Below are positions 1 through 8,558 of a stretch of DNA of 49,325 nucleotides, one piece after another. Below the pieces are notes generated by a model that had not been told where the DNA came from, searched no databases, and saw only the letters and a program-made list of their open reading frames with translations. A program made the translations under genes and the position numbers. Position 1 is the first letter of the stretch; every line of letters begins with the position of its first letter. The stretch lies in contig DASUNQ010000108.1 of the NCBI GenBank assembly GCA_036277075.1, forward strand, positions 1-49,325, in the 5' to 3' direction. The DNA is from Thermoanaerobaculia bacterium (GTDB lineage Bacteria; Acidobacteriota; Thermoanaerobaculia; Multivoradales; UBA5704).

Positions 1-137
1 GCCTCGAGGCGCGCGGCCGGGTCGGGCGAAGCGGCCGGGGCGGCCGGCGCGGAGTCGCCGGCCGCGAGACAAGCCGCGGCGGTGAGCGCGGCGGCGGCGA
101 GCGCCAGGGCGGCGCGGCGGAGTGGGGTGTCGGGCAT
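1..137 (-). CDS. Lipoprotein, N-terminal fragment (gene runs off the left edge)
   Basis: Reverse-strand ATG at 135-137 preceded by AAGGAGG. Translation MPDTPLRRAALALAAAALTAAAC... is a signal peptide with a lipobox-like LTAAAC. Confidence 0.5.
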   Translation of the reverse strand, partial: MPDTPLRRAALALAAAALTAAACLAAGDSAPAAPAASPDPAARLE

Positions 138-294
138 CGTGGACCTCCTTGAGGAAGAACGGGCTGCCTGCCGGGCGGGGATTGTAGCCTGCAACCTCGG
201 TCCCGCTTCGTGCGTACACGGAAGCAGAGCGAAGCTCCGCCCGCGGGCTCCGCGCCGCCCTGGTTCCCATGATCCGGAAAGGAGACGTCCCCCG

Positions 295-2148
295 ATGAGG
301 AAGCCCATCCTCCTCTGCTGCGCCCTGCTGCTGCTCGCCGGCGCGGCGTTCGCCGCCCCGCCCCGCACCATCGCCCCGGAGTTCCAGCCGCGCCTCGAGG
401 CCTTCATCCAGGCCAAGGGGGAGAAGCCCGACGGCGACCGCCTGCGCGAGCTGTTCGACATGTACTGGGACTTCGCGATGCACGAGTATCCGGAGTTCGC
501 GACCTACACCGGCTTTCCCGGCCAGAACGACCGCTGGACCGACAACTCGGTCGCGGCCAACGAGGCGCGCGACGCGCTGATGCCGCTCGCGCTCCGGGCC
601 ATCGACTCGATCGACCGCAACCAGCTCTCCGAGCAGGACCGGGTCAACTACGACCTCTTCCGGCGCGACGTCGAGAGCGGTGTGGAGGGCGACCGCTTCC
701 CCGGCGAGTACCTGCAGATCGACCAGATGGGCGGCGTGCAGCAACGGCCGGCCGAGATGCTGGTGCAGATGCCGAAGACCAACCAGAAGCAAGTCGAGGA
801 CATCCTGGCCCGCCTGCGCGAGGTGCCGACGCTCGTCGAGCAGACCCTGGCGCTGCTCGAGAAGGGGCTCGCGGCCGGCGTCACGCCGCCGCGCGTCACC
901 CTGCGCGAGGTGCCGCAGCAGGTCAAGAACCTCCTGACGGACGACCCGGCGGCGAGCCCGCTCCTGGTCGCCTTCAAGGAGATGCCGGCCGCGATCCCCG
1001 CCGCCGAGCAGGAGCGGCTGCGCCGCGAGGCCGCGGACGCCTACCGCACGCGCGTCCGCCCGGCCTACGAGAAGCTCCACGGCTACCTCGTCGAGACGTA
1101 CCTTCCGGGCGCGCGCGAGTCGATCAGCATGAGCGCCCTGCCCGACGGGCAGGCCTGGTACGCCTTCAACGCCGAGCAGTCGACGACGACCGACCTGACG
1201 CCGCAGCAGATCCACGACATCGGCCTGGCCGAGGTCAAGCGCATCCGCGCCGAGATGGACCAGGTGATCGCGGCGACCGGCTTCAAGGGGAGCTTCGCCG
1301 AGTTCCTGTCCTTCCTGCGCACCGACCCGCGCTTCTTCTACGACCAACCCGAGGACCTGATCGCCGGCTACCGCGACATCGCCAAGCGCGTCGACCCCGA
1401 GCTGGTCAAGCTCTTCGGCAAACTGCCGCGCCTGCCTTACGGCGTCCTCCCGGTCCCCTCCTACGCCGAGAAGTCGCAGACCACGGCCTACTACAACTCG
1501 GGCTCACTCGAGGCCGGCCGGCCCGGCTACTTCTACGCCAACACCTACGACCTCAAGTCGCGCCCGAAGTGGGAGATGGAGGCGCTGACGCTGCACGAAG
1601 CGGTGCCCGGGCACCACCTGCAGATCGCCCTCGCGCAGGAGCTCGAGGACGTGCCCGAGTGGCGGCGCCACCAGGGCTACACGGCGTTCGTCGAGGGCTG
1701 GGGCCTCTATGCCGAGAGCCTCGGCGAGCAGATGGGCCTCTACAAGGACCCCTACGCCAAGTTCGGCCAGCTCACCTACGAGATGTGGCGCGCGGTCCGC
1801 CTGGTCGTCGATACCGGCATGCACGCGCTCGGCTGGACGCGCGAGCAGGCGATCGACTACTTCAAGCAGAACGCCGGCAAGGCCGAGCACGACATCACGG
1901 TCGAGGTCGACCGCTACATCGTCTGGCCCGGGCAGGCGCTGGCCTACAAGATCGGCGAGCTCAAGATCAAGGAGCTGCGCGGCCGGGCGCAGAAGGCGCT
2001 GGGGCCCAAGTTCGACCTCCGCGCCTTCCACGACCAGGTCTTGGGCAACGGCGCCGTGCCGCTGTCGGTGCTCGAGGCCAACGTCGCGGAGTGGGTCGCC
2101 GCGGGCGGCCCGGCATCGCAGCCCGCCGCCGCAGCGCCCGCGCCTTGA
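295..2148 (+). CDS. DUF885-family secreted protein (metallopeptidase-like)
   Basis: ORF 82..2148. The in-frame ATG at 295 follows GGAGA and opens a signal peptide MRKPILLCCALLLLAGAAFA. HEAVPGHHLQ and the surrounding pattern are typical of DUF885. Confidence 0.85.
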   Translation: MRKPILLCCALLLLAGAAFAAPPRTIAPEFQPRLEAFIQAKGEKPDGDRLRELFDMYWDFAMHEYPEFATYTGFPGQNDRWTDNSVAANEARDALMPLALRAIDSIDRNQLSEQDRVNYDLFRRDVESGVEGDRFPGEYLQIDQMGGVQQRPAEMLVQMPKTNQKQVEDILARLREVPTLVEQTLALLEKGLAAGVTPPRVTLREVPQQVKNLLTDDPAASPLLVAFKEMPAAIPAAEQERLRREAADAYRTRVRPAYEKLHGYLVETYLPGARESISMSALPDGQAWYAFNAEQSTTTDLTPQQIHDIGLAEVKRIRAEMDQVIAATGFKGSFAEFLSFLRTDPRFFYDQPEDLIAGYRDIAKRVDPELVKLFGKLPRLPYGVLPVPSYAEKSQTTAYYNSGSLEAGRPGYFYANTYDLKSRPKWEMEALTLHEAVPGHHLQIALAQELEDVPEWRRHQGYTAFVEGWGLYAESLGEQMGLYKDPYAKFGQLTYEMWRAVRLVVDTGMHALGWTREQAIDYFKQNAGKAEHDITVEVDRYIVWPGQALAYKIGELKIKELRGRAQKALGPKFDLRAFHDQVLGNGAVPLSVLEANVAEWVAAGGPASQPAAAAPAP

Positions 2149-2175
2149 TGGAGCCCGGCGCGAAGCCTCCGCGCC

Positions 2176-2673
2176 TCAGTTGAAGCGTAGCCCGACGGCG
2201 ATCACCGCCTCGGTCTCGTCGGCGATCACGATCTTGCCCTGCAGGTAGGGTCGCATCGCGCCGCGCTTGGCGCCCACCCCGGCGAGCAGGTTGAGGCCGA
2301 TCTCGGTGTCGTCGTCCTCGTTCAAGCGCCGCAGGCGCGGGTCGTCGAACTCGCGGAAGATCACCGCCAGGCCGCCGCCGGCCCACACCGCCAGCGGCGT
2401 CTCGACGTCGAAGTCGTAGTGCGCGTCGGCGTTGAGCGTCCAGAGCGAGCCGTCGTCGACGAAGACGTACTCCAGGTTGGGGTTGAAGAACCAGCGGCGG
2501 GTGATGTCCGTGAGCAGCTCGCCGCCGATGAACGCCGCCTCGGCGTCGCTGTAGAAGCCGGCGCGGAAGCCGGGATCGATGTCGGCGGCGGCGGGCGCCG
2601 GCAGCAAGCCCGCCGCGGCGGCGGCGAGCGCCAAAGCAACGGTCAACCGTCCTGACCTCTCTCTCACACGCAT
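2176..2673 (-). CDS. Small outer-membrane beta-barrel protein
   Basis: ORF 2176..2766. The ATG at 2673 is preceded by AAGGAGG. Signal peptide LTVALALAAAAAGLLPAPAAA, alternating amphipathic strands, C-terminal ...VGLRFN. Confidence 0.6.
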   Translation of the reverse strand: MRVRERSGRLTVALALAAAAAGLLPAPAAADIDPGFRAGFYSDAEAAFIGGELLTDITRRWFFNPNLEYVFVDDGSLWTLNADAHYDFDVETPLAVWAGGGLAVIFREFDDPRLRRLNEDDDTEIGLNLLAGVGAKRGAMRPYLQGKIVIADETEAVIAVGLRFN

Positions 2674-2684
2674 CGCGTACCTCC

Positions 2685-3806
2685 TTGTCGGTCCGGTCTC
2701 CCTCCGAGGTCGTGGACCTCGACAGGCGCCCCGAGCGTGCAAGCCGGCTGCCACACACATGGCCATATCACGATGCGACGCGGGGTAGCATCCCGGCCGC
2801 CGTGGACCTCCGCGCCCACTACTGGACCGTCGCGCCGCGCCTGCGCGGCTCCTGGGCTCCGCTCGCGCCGCCGCCGTCGCGGCCCTGGGAGACCTGGGTC
2901 GAAGACCCGGCGATCGGGCCGGTGCGGCTGACCGGCCGGCTGGCCGCGGGGGCGGACGGCGGCGCAGGCGGCGGCGAGCTCCTCGTCGTCGTCCACGGGC
3001 TCTCGGGCTGCTGCGACAGCGTCGCCGTGGTGCGGGCGGCGCGCGCCGCGCGGGCCGCCGGGCTCGCCACCCTGCGGCTCAATCTGCGCGGCTCGGACCG
3101 GCGGGAGCGGGACTTCTACCATGCCGGCCTCACCGCAGACCTGCACGCCGCGCTGGCGAGCCCGGAGCTCGCCGGCTTCACGCGGATCTACCTCCTGGGC
3201 TGGTCGCTCGGTGGGCACCTGGCGCTGCGCGCGGCGACCGAGCCGGCCGACCCGCGTCTCGCCGCGGTGGCCGCTCTCTGCGCCCCGCTCGACCTCGCGG
3301 CCGCGGTCGACGCGATCGACCGGCCAGGGCTCTGGGCCTACCGGCGGGCGGTGCTCGGCGGGCTCAAGGAGATCTACGCCGCCTGCGCCGCGCGGCGGCC
3401 GGGACCGCTGCCGGTCGCCGCGGCGCGTCGCGTCGCGCGTCTGCGGGAGTGGGACGACCGCGTCGTGGCGCCGCGCCACGGCTTCGCCGGCGCCGCCGAC
3501 TACTACACGCGGATGAGCGTCGGCCCACGCCTGCCGGCGCTGCGCGTGCCGGCGCTCTACCTCGGCGCCTTGCGCGACCCGATGGTGCCGGCCGCGGCGG
3601 TCCGCCCCAGCCTGGAGCCCCATGCCGACGCCCCCCTGGAGGTGCGCTGGCTCGCCCGCGGCGGCCACTGCGCCTTCCCCGAGCCGGTCGAGCCGGGTGT
3701 CATCGAGTGGCTGCGCGCAGCGAGGCGATCCCCACGTCAGGGACCGCGAGCGCCGTACGCGGCAGGCGGAACAGCTCGTAGCCGGCGAGCGGCCGGCCGG
3801 CGTTAA
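2685..3806 (+). CDS. Alpha/beta hydrolase, YheT-like
   Basis: Nucleophile elbow LLGWSLGGH, and the C-terminal GGHCAF block carrying the likely catalytic His. Start uncertain (TTG 2685 lacks a good RBS). The 3' end overlaps the convergent gene by about 107 nt. Confidence 0.7.
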   Translation: MSVRSPSEVVDLDRRPERASRLPHTWPYHDATRGSIPAAVDLRAHYWTVAPRLRGSWAPLAPPPSRPWETWVEDPAIGPVRLTGRLAAGADGGAGGGELLVVVHGLSGCCDSVAVVRAARAARAAGLATLRLNLRGSDRRERDFYHAGLTADLHAALASPELAGFTRIYLLGWSLGGHLALRAATEPADPRLAAVAALCAPLDLAAAVDAIDRPGLWAYRRAVLGGLKEIYAACAARRPGPLPVAAARRVARLREWDDRVVAPRHGFAGAADYYTRMSVGPRLPALRVPALYLGALRDPMVPAAAVRPSLEPHADAPLEVRWLARGGHCAFPEPVEPGVIEWLRAARRSPRQGPRAPYAAGGTARSRRAAGRR

Positions 3807-4185
3807 AGACGAGCCACTCGCCGATCGCCGTGAACTCGCGCGGCGAGGACGAGCGGGCGCCGGGGAGCACGTCGCCGAGGAGGAAGAGGAGCCCCGCGGC
3901 GGCGGTGAAGCGCTCCGGGGCCGCCGAGCAGCGTCCGGGGCAGAGGTCGGCGACCAGCCGCGTTCCCTCGGCCGTGCCGTCGCTGCGCCAGAGCTCGTTG
4001 CCGAAAAAGCCGTCATCGCCTCGGAAGTAGAGCAACCCGCCGAGCGGCGCCGCGTCGTGCAGGAGGTCGGGGAGCGAGGAGCCCAGCGCGGGGCCGGTGC
4101 GGATGTCCTTGACCAGGACCGGCTGCGCGGACAGCGCCGAGGCCCCGAGAGTGAGAGCGAGCGCGAGGAGGGGGGGCTTTCGCAT
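3700..4185 (-). CDS. Secreted ELWxxDGT-repeat protein
   Basis: Signal peptide MRKPPLLALALTLGASALSAQ. NELWRSDGTAEGT matches the ELWxxDGT repeat signature. Confidence 0.6.
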   Translation of the reverse strand: MRKPPLLALALTLGASALSAQPVLVKDIRTGPALGSSLPDLLHDAAPLGGLLYFRGDDGFFGNELWRSDGTAEGTRLVADLCPGRCSAAPERFTAAAGLLFLLGDVLPGARSSSPREFTAIGEWLVFNAGRPLAGYELFRLPRTALAVPDVGIASLRAATR

Positions 4186-4204
4186 GCTGCTAGGGTTCTA
4201 TGAC

Positions 4205-4800
4205 ATGAAACGCCTGTCAACTCTGGTGGTCGCGTTGCTCGCCGCCGGCGCCGGGGTGAACGGCTCGGCGCCGCCCGGCGGGACGGCCGCGGCCGCGCCG
4301 CCGCGGCTCGTCGTCCTCGGCACCGCGCAGGACGGCGGCCTGCCGCACGTCGCCTGCACCTGCGTCCGCTGCGAACGGGCACGGCGCGAGCCGGGATTCC
4401 GGCGTCGCGTCGCGAGCTTGGCGCTCCACTTGCCGGGGCGCGCAGAGGTCTACCTGCTCGACGCGACGCCGGACGTCGGCGAGCAGCTCGACGCCGTGGC
4501 GCGGCTCCGCGGCCGGCCCCCATCGGGACGTGTCGATCGCGCTCCGATCGACGGTGTGTTCCTGACCCACGCCCACGTCGGTCACTACCTCGGGCTCGCC
4601 GCCTTCGGTTTCGAGACCGTCCACACCCGCGCGCTGCCGGTCTGGGCCTCGGCGCGCATGGCCGAGTTCCTGCGCGGCAACGGCCCCTGGAGCCAGCTCG
4701 TCAGGCTCGAGAACGTCGAGCTGCGCGCGCTGAAGGCCGGCGAGGCGGTGACGCTGGGGGACGGGGTCTCGATCACGCCGCTTCAGGTGCCGCATCGGGA
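4205..4800 (+). pseudogene. 5' part of a PqqB-like MBL-fold hydrolase gene interrupted by the island
   Basis: MKRLSTLVVALLAAGAG signal peptide, [11 protein letters not shown] and THAHVGHYLG motifs. Similarity to the intact paralogue at 5282..6238 stops exactly after ...LQVPHRD at 4800; the frame then runs 16 unrelated codons to TAA 4847-4849. Confidence 0.85.
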
Positions 4801-4819
4801 TTGTTGCGGTACCTTTCTG
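4799..4819 (+). other. attL junction: core GA (4799-4800) plus island arm TTGTTG-CGGTACCTTTCTG
   Basis: Defined by the break in the host gene. The arm is the near-perfect inverted partner of 39166-39178. Confidence 0.7.
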
Positions 4820-5003
4820 CCGGATCGCGCTGCGAGCCTCCAGACCTAAGCGGCCCGGCTACCCGTCTTCGCCAGGGACGATCGGGGAGCACCTCAAGCG
4901 GCACCGACTGGACCTTGGCCTACGGCAAGCGGAGGTTGCCAGGAGGCTTGGCGTCAAGATTGGGACGCTCAGACTCTGGGAGGGTGGGTGGAACCGCGTC
5001 TCA

Positions 5004-5246
5004 GTGCGCTACCTGCCTGCGATCGCGGCGTTTCTTGGGTACGACCCTGCGCCGGAGGTGACTTCGCTCGGCCTACGCATCCGAGCGGCGCGTCGCCGTC
5101 TGGGCCTCTCTCAGAAGAAACTTGCGCGGCACTTCGGGATGGATCCGAAGACCGTGCAGCAGTGGGAGGCAGGGAGAATCAGTCGCAGGACCCGCAGAGT
5201 CGAAGTACTCCTTGAGGGCTTCGTGAAGTCGGCCTTGGGGGAGTGA
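5004..5246 (+). CDS. XRE-family HTH protein (second of two tandem HTH domains; the frame is open from 4803)
   Basis: LGLRIRAARRRLGLSQKKLARHFGMDPKTVQQWEAG is an HTH_3-type helix-turn-helix. The same frame upstream (4869-5003) encodes a first HTH, IGEHLKRHRLDLGLRQAEVARRLGVKIGTLRLWEGG, with no ATG/GTG/TTG before GTG 5004. Confidence 0.7.
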   Translation: MRYLPAIAAFLGYDPAPEVTSLGLRIRAARRRLGLSQKKLARHFGMDPKTVQQWEAGRISRRTRRVEVLLEGFVKSALGE

Positions 5247-5281
5247 CTGCCCATCAGTCCTCCTTCGCTACGATTTGCGCC

Positions 5282-6238
5282 ATGAAGACAATCGTCCTGA
5301 CGGCGCTCGTTCTCGCCTCGGCCGTATCCATCGCGGCCAATCCTCAGACGTCTCCCGGCCCTCGGGTGGTGGTGTTGGGAACTGCACAGGACGGGGGCAT
5401 CCCCCACGCTGGCTGCACGCATAGCCTCTGCGAGGCGGCCCGCAAGGACCGCTCACTCGCTCGGCACGTCGCCAGTCTCGCGATCCACCTTCCGAAGAGC
5501 GGCTACATGTACCTCGTGGACGCCACACCGGACCTGCCGGAGCAGATTGAAGAGATCCACGAGTTCCGCAGGTACCCCGAGGGGAGAGTAGACCGCGCAC
5601 CGATGGACGGGGTACTCCTCACCCATGCCCACATCGGCCACTATCTCGGGCTGGCCCACCTCGGCTTCGAGAGCCTCAACACCAATGGCATTCCGGTTTA
5701 CGCATCGCCGCGCATGGCCGCGTTCCTGCGTGGTAGCGGTCCCTGGAGCCAGCTCGTCCGGCTCGGCAACATCACTCTTCGGGAGCTTGAGCCTGGGAAG
5801 CCGGTTGAGCTGGAGGAAGGGGTCTCTGTCGAACCGATCCAAGTCCCCCATCGTGACGAGTATTCCGACACGATGGGGTTTTTCATTCGTGGGCCGAGAA
5901 GGACCCTCCTCTATGTGCCGGACACTGACTCCTGGCGCACCTGGTCTCGGCCGCTTCGGCAGGTCATCGAGGAGAAGCGCGTGGACATCGCTCTTCTGGA
6001 TGGCACCTTCTACTCTCCAGATGAGCTGCCAGACCGCGACGTCACCAAGATCAAGCACCCGCTCATCACCGAGTCGATGGATCTCCTGGAGCCTCTCGTT
6101 ACCGCCGGAAAGCTCTGGGTTCACTTCACCCACCTTAACCACTCAAATCCCGCGCTGGACCACGATGGGCCAGCTAGGAAGACGATCGAGGGACGGGGGT
6201 TTCGGGTGCTAGAGGAGGGAGAGGAGTTCGGTCTCTAG
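5282..6238 (+). CDS. PqqB-like MBL-fold hydrolase, intact island-borne paralogue of the disrupted target gene
   Basis: ORF 5243..6238. ATG 5282 gives [16 protein letters not shown], paralleling the host MKRLSTLVVALL. Collinear with both host fragments, including [44 protein letters not shown]. Confidence 0.85.
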   Translation: MKTIVLTALVLASAVSIAANPQTSPGPRVVVLGTAQDGGIPHAGCTHSLCEAARKDRSLARHVASLAIHLPKSGYMYLVDATPDLPEQIEEIHEFRRYPEGRVDRAPMDGVLLTHAHIGHYLGLAHLGFESLNTNGIPVYASPRMAAFLRGSGPWSQLVRLGNITLRELEPGKPVELEEGVSVEPIQVPHRDEYSDTMGFFIRGPRRTLLYVPDTDSWRTWSRPLRQVIEEKRVDIALLDGTFYSPDELPDRDVTKIKHPLITESMDLLEPLVTAGKLWVHFTHLNHSNPALDHDGPARKTIEGRGFRVLEEGEEFGL

Positions 6239-6329
6239 AAGAGCTGGAGCGCAGCCGTCCGCGTTTGGAGCGTTAGTGCCGTCATACGACGACGCTCTTG
6301 GCCGGTGCCGGAGCACGTACTCACGGATC

Positions 6330-6455
6330 GCAGCTTCGGTTCCCATCCGGGCAGGACTCGGCAAGCCGGTCGCCGGCAAAGCCCCATACGGCTACCGCTG
6401 GCAGGACAAGAGCCGGCTCGTCCCTGACCCGAACGAGGCGCCAGTTCTCAAGCTT
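6330..6455 (+). pseudogene. Internal fragment of a large serine recombinase
   Basis: [42 protein letters not shown] aligns with [41 protein letters not shown] of the LSR at 37695. There is no catalytic domain upstream and no zinc ribbon downstream. Confidence 0.6.
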
Positions 6456-6694
6456 GAGGCCGGTGGGCAGACCAGAGACAAGTGGGTCGTGGCGGCGGTT
6501 GGGTGTTCCTTGCGGTGGAGTAGGGGTGCTCCTTAGATGTCTATTCAGCGGTGGCTTATTTCGAGCCGCCGCTTCTTCGTGTCCCCTGAGGCATGGCATG
6601 GCCGGTGTAATGGTTCACCGTGGTCGGGGAGGAGAAGCTGCCATTTTTGCCTCGAGTGCTCGCTGATCCTTTTCAACGGCTGTCAAACTTCTAG

Positions 6695-7447
6695 TCACTG
6701 AGCGGCTGAACCCGGCGCCAGCATTCGCTCGGGCTCTGGTATTGCGCTCGTACCTCGCTGCCAAGCTTCCTCAAAATACTTTTCAAAGAGGACATAGATG
6801 GCCGAGTCAGATCGCACCTTGTATACCGGCATATTTCGCCCGTAGTCGCTTCTCGAGAATCCCGAAATATAGCAGTACCTGTCCGTGATGACTATACGAA
6901 ATACGCTAGGCTCCTTATGAAACTTAACCTCAACATTGGGTGTTGCACTGAGCTTTCGAGCGGCGCTGAGGATATCGGTCTTAAAATCACCAAGTTCCCA
7001 TCCAACTATTGCTGAGAGCGGCTTAAGCTCACTAAACCGACGAGCAGCACTCTGAGAGTTTGGGTTGAGTAGTAGAACCCTTGTCTGGGCAAGTCTTCTC
7101 CAACCCGAGACCGGGTAGTCGCGCTCTGAGCCCCGTTCCGAAAACGCCGCGCCTCTATTTGTCATGATCTTCAGAGTTCTAGTGTCTATGTTATCTTCGT
7201 AGAGTCGGCTCCCTGCAATCGCACGGTTCGGATACACTTCCTCAATCTCCCCGCCGAGTTGTGACAACAGGAATGCTCGAAGCGCTTCATCTTGCCGCAC
7301 GCTCCACCTCAGTAAGCGAACAACCACGTGACGAATACTCAGCGAGCGGACGCGTTGTACGCAGAAGAGAAGGAGAGCAAAAAGTATGTTTGCTGTAACG
7401 CCCAGGCCAACACCGATCAGAACGCCATTCCACTCGTAATCGTTCAT
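6695..7447 (-). CDS. Membrane-anchored hypothetical protein (possibly a degenerate PLD-like/DUF5919-like C-terminal domain)
   Basis: N-terminal TM helix VLIGVGLGVTANILFALLLF. The C-terminal pattern RVLLLNPNS...VKFHKEPSVFRIVITDRYCYISGF...MPVYKV resembles DUF5919-type domains. No canonical HxK(x)4D motif. Confidence 0.5.
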   Translation of the reverse strand: MNDYEWNGVLIGVGLGVTANILFALLLFCVQRVRSLSIRHVVVRLLRWSVRQDEALRAFLLSQLGGEIEEVYPNRAIAGSRLYEDNIDTRTLKIMTNRGAAFSERGSERDYPVSGWRRLAQTRVLLLNPNSQSAARRFSELKPLSAIVGWELGDFKTDILSAARKLSATPNVEVKFHKEPSVFRIVITDRYCYISGFSRSDYGRNMPVYKVRSDSAIYVLFEKYFEEAWQRGTSAIPEPERMLAPGSAAQ

Positions 7448-7550
7448 GCCGCGCTCGCTCCTTCTCGGCCGCGCCGATCTGTACAGACGACATCAGCCCT
7501 AGTCTGCCGGGCGAAGTTCTCTCGACAGAGTACAGACATCGATTCGGCTT

Positions 7551-8558
7551 CTAGTCGACGACCGTAGGTATATCGTCGAGCAGTGTTGCCACACGCTTAT
7601 CCAAGTCTACCCATCCTCTTTTAAGGGCACGGCTAAGCGCTTTGCCTGCTTCGGAGCCTGGGTAGCGAACTGGACTGGAAGCCGATTGAGCGCAACGCAA
7701 TGATTCGAAAGTCGCCTGGACGTCTCTGAAATAGTCGGCCGCCGAACGAAAAGCCGCAGCGCGGACGAGCAGGGCCATGACTCCCCAGCGGGAAGCTTGA
7801 TCGTTGCCCAACGAAGTACTACCTAAGGCCCCTGCTAGGACCTCGATCATGATTGCGAGGCCTGTGCCTCTATGGCCGCCGAAAATCTTGAGACCCACTG
7901 CCTCATGCGGATTTTCCGTATGGTGACCATGCTCGTCATGTGCGAGTCCAACGGGGAGAGAGCTCTGGAGTAACCGCGCAAGTTCCACGCCGTTCCACGG
8001 AATCGCCGTGGCCGACATATCCAGAATGATGGGCCCCACCGGGCCGGGCGCTGCCAAACAGATTGCGTTGGTCCCAAGTGCTGCCCTGGTGGAACCCTCC
8101 GGTACCCCACCGCCTGTCGACTTGACCATCATGATCAAGACCAAACCGCGGGAAGTTATGGCCCGGCCATACTGCCCGAGGTAACCGATGCCTGGAGATG
8201 CATGAAGAAGCGTCACCGCTGCGACACCTCCCGTTCGCTCGCGAAGGTAGTGGGCGGCAACTCTAAGAGCAATCGGCATCACCAGCCAACCCGTTCGCCC
8301 TCGCGCGTCGAAGCGAATCACACAATCCGCTCCGATAGGCATGAGAGCAGGCTGCGTTGTGACGGGAAGTATGTGACCTGCCTGTACCTGCCTGCGAAGA
8401 AGTGAGAGGCGGGCGACTCCATGCGCGGTGCGGCCTGTTAACTCCGCCTCCCAAAGATTACGCGCGATTGCCCTTGACTCCCACGTATCAAATCCAAGAC
8501 GCTCAGTGGCGCGCACCAGTAGCTGATACAGATGGCGTACTGTAAGCCGCGCGCTCAC
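7551..8558 (-). CDS. Ldh2-family (malate/L-lactate/ureidoglycolate-type) dehydrogenase
   Basis: TAHGVARL, ALGTNAICLAAP, ILDMSATAIPWNG and FGGHRGTGLAIMIEVLAGAL blocks match the Ldh_2 family pattern. Confidence 0.8.
   Translation of the reverse strand: MSARLTVRHLYQLLVRATERLGFDTWESRAIARNLWEAELTGRTAHGVARLSLLRRQVQAGHILPVTTQPALMPIGADCVIRFDARGRTGWLVMPIALRVAAHYLRERTGGVAAVTLLHASPGIGYLGQYGRAITSRGLVLIMMVKSTGGGVPEGSTRAALGTNAICLAAPGPVGPIILDMSATAIPWNGVELARLLQSSLPVGLAHDEHGHHTENPHEAVGLKIFGGHRGTGLAIMIEVLAGALGSTSLGNDQASRWGVMALLVRAAAFRSAADYFRDVQATFESLRCAQSASSPVRYPGSEAGKALSRALKRGWVDLDKRVATLLDDIPTVVD

Noticed and set aside
2664-4523. 619-aa minus-strand ORF spanning the hydrolase, ELWxxDGT and MBL gene starts
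   Set aside because: It is an Arg/Pro/Ser-rich shadow ORF. It conflicts with three motif-bearing genes.
4750-4900. tRNA or tmRNA gene as the integration target at the island boundaries
   Set aside because: No cloverleaf-like sequence occurs at either junction. The junctions fall inside a protein-coding gene that rejoins in frame.
6695-7447. Candidate missing DISARM PLD nuclease (DrmC)
   Set aside because: The only PLD-like stretch reads FHKEPS, not HxK(x)4D. The gene is 5 kb away on the opposite strand in a compositionally different block, and it has a TM anchor.
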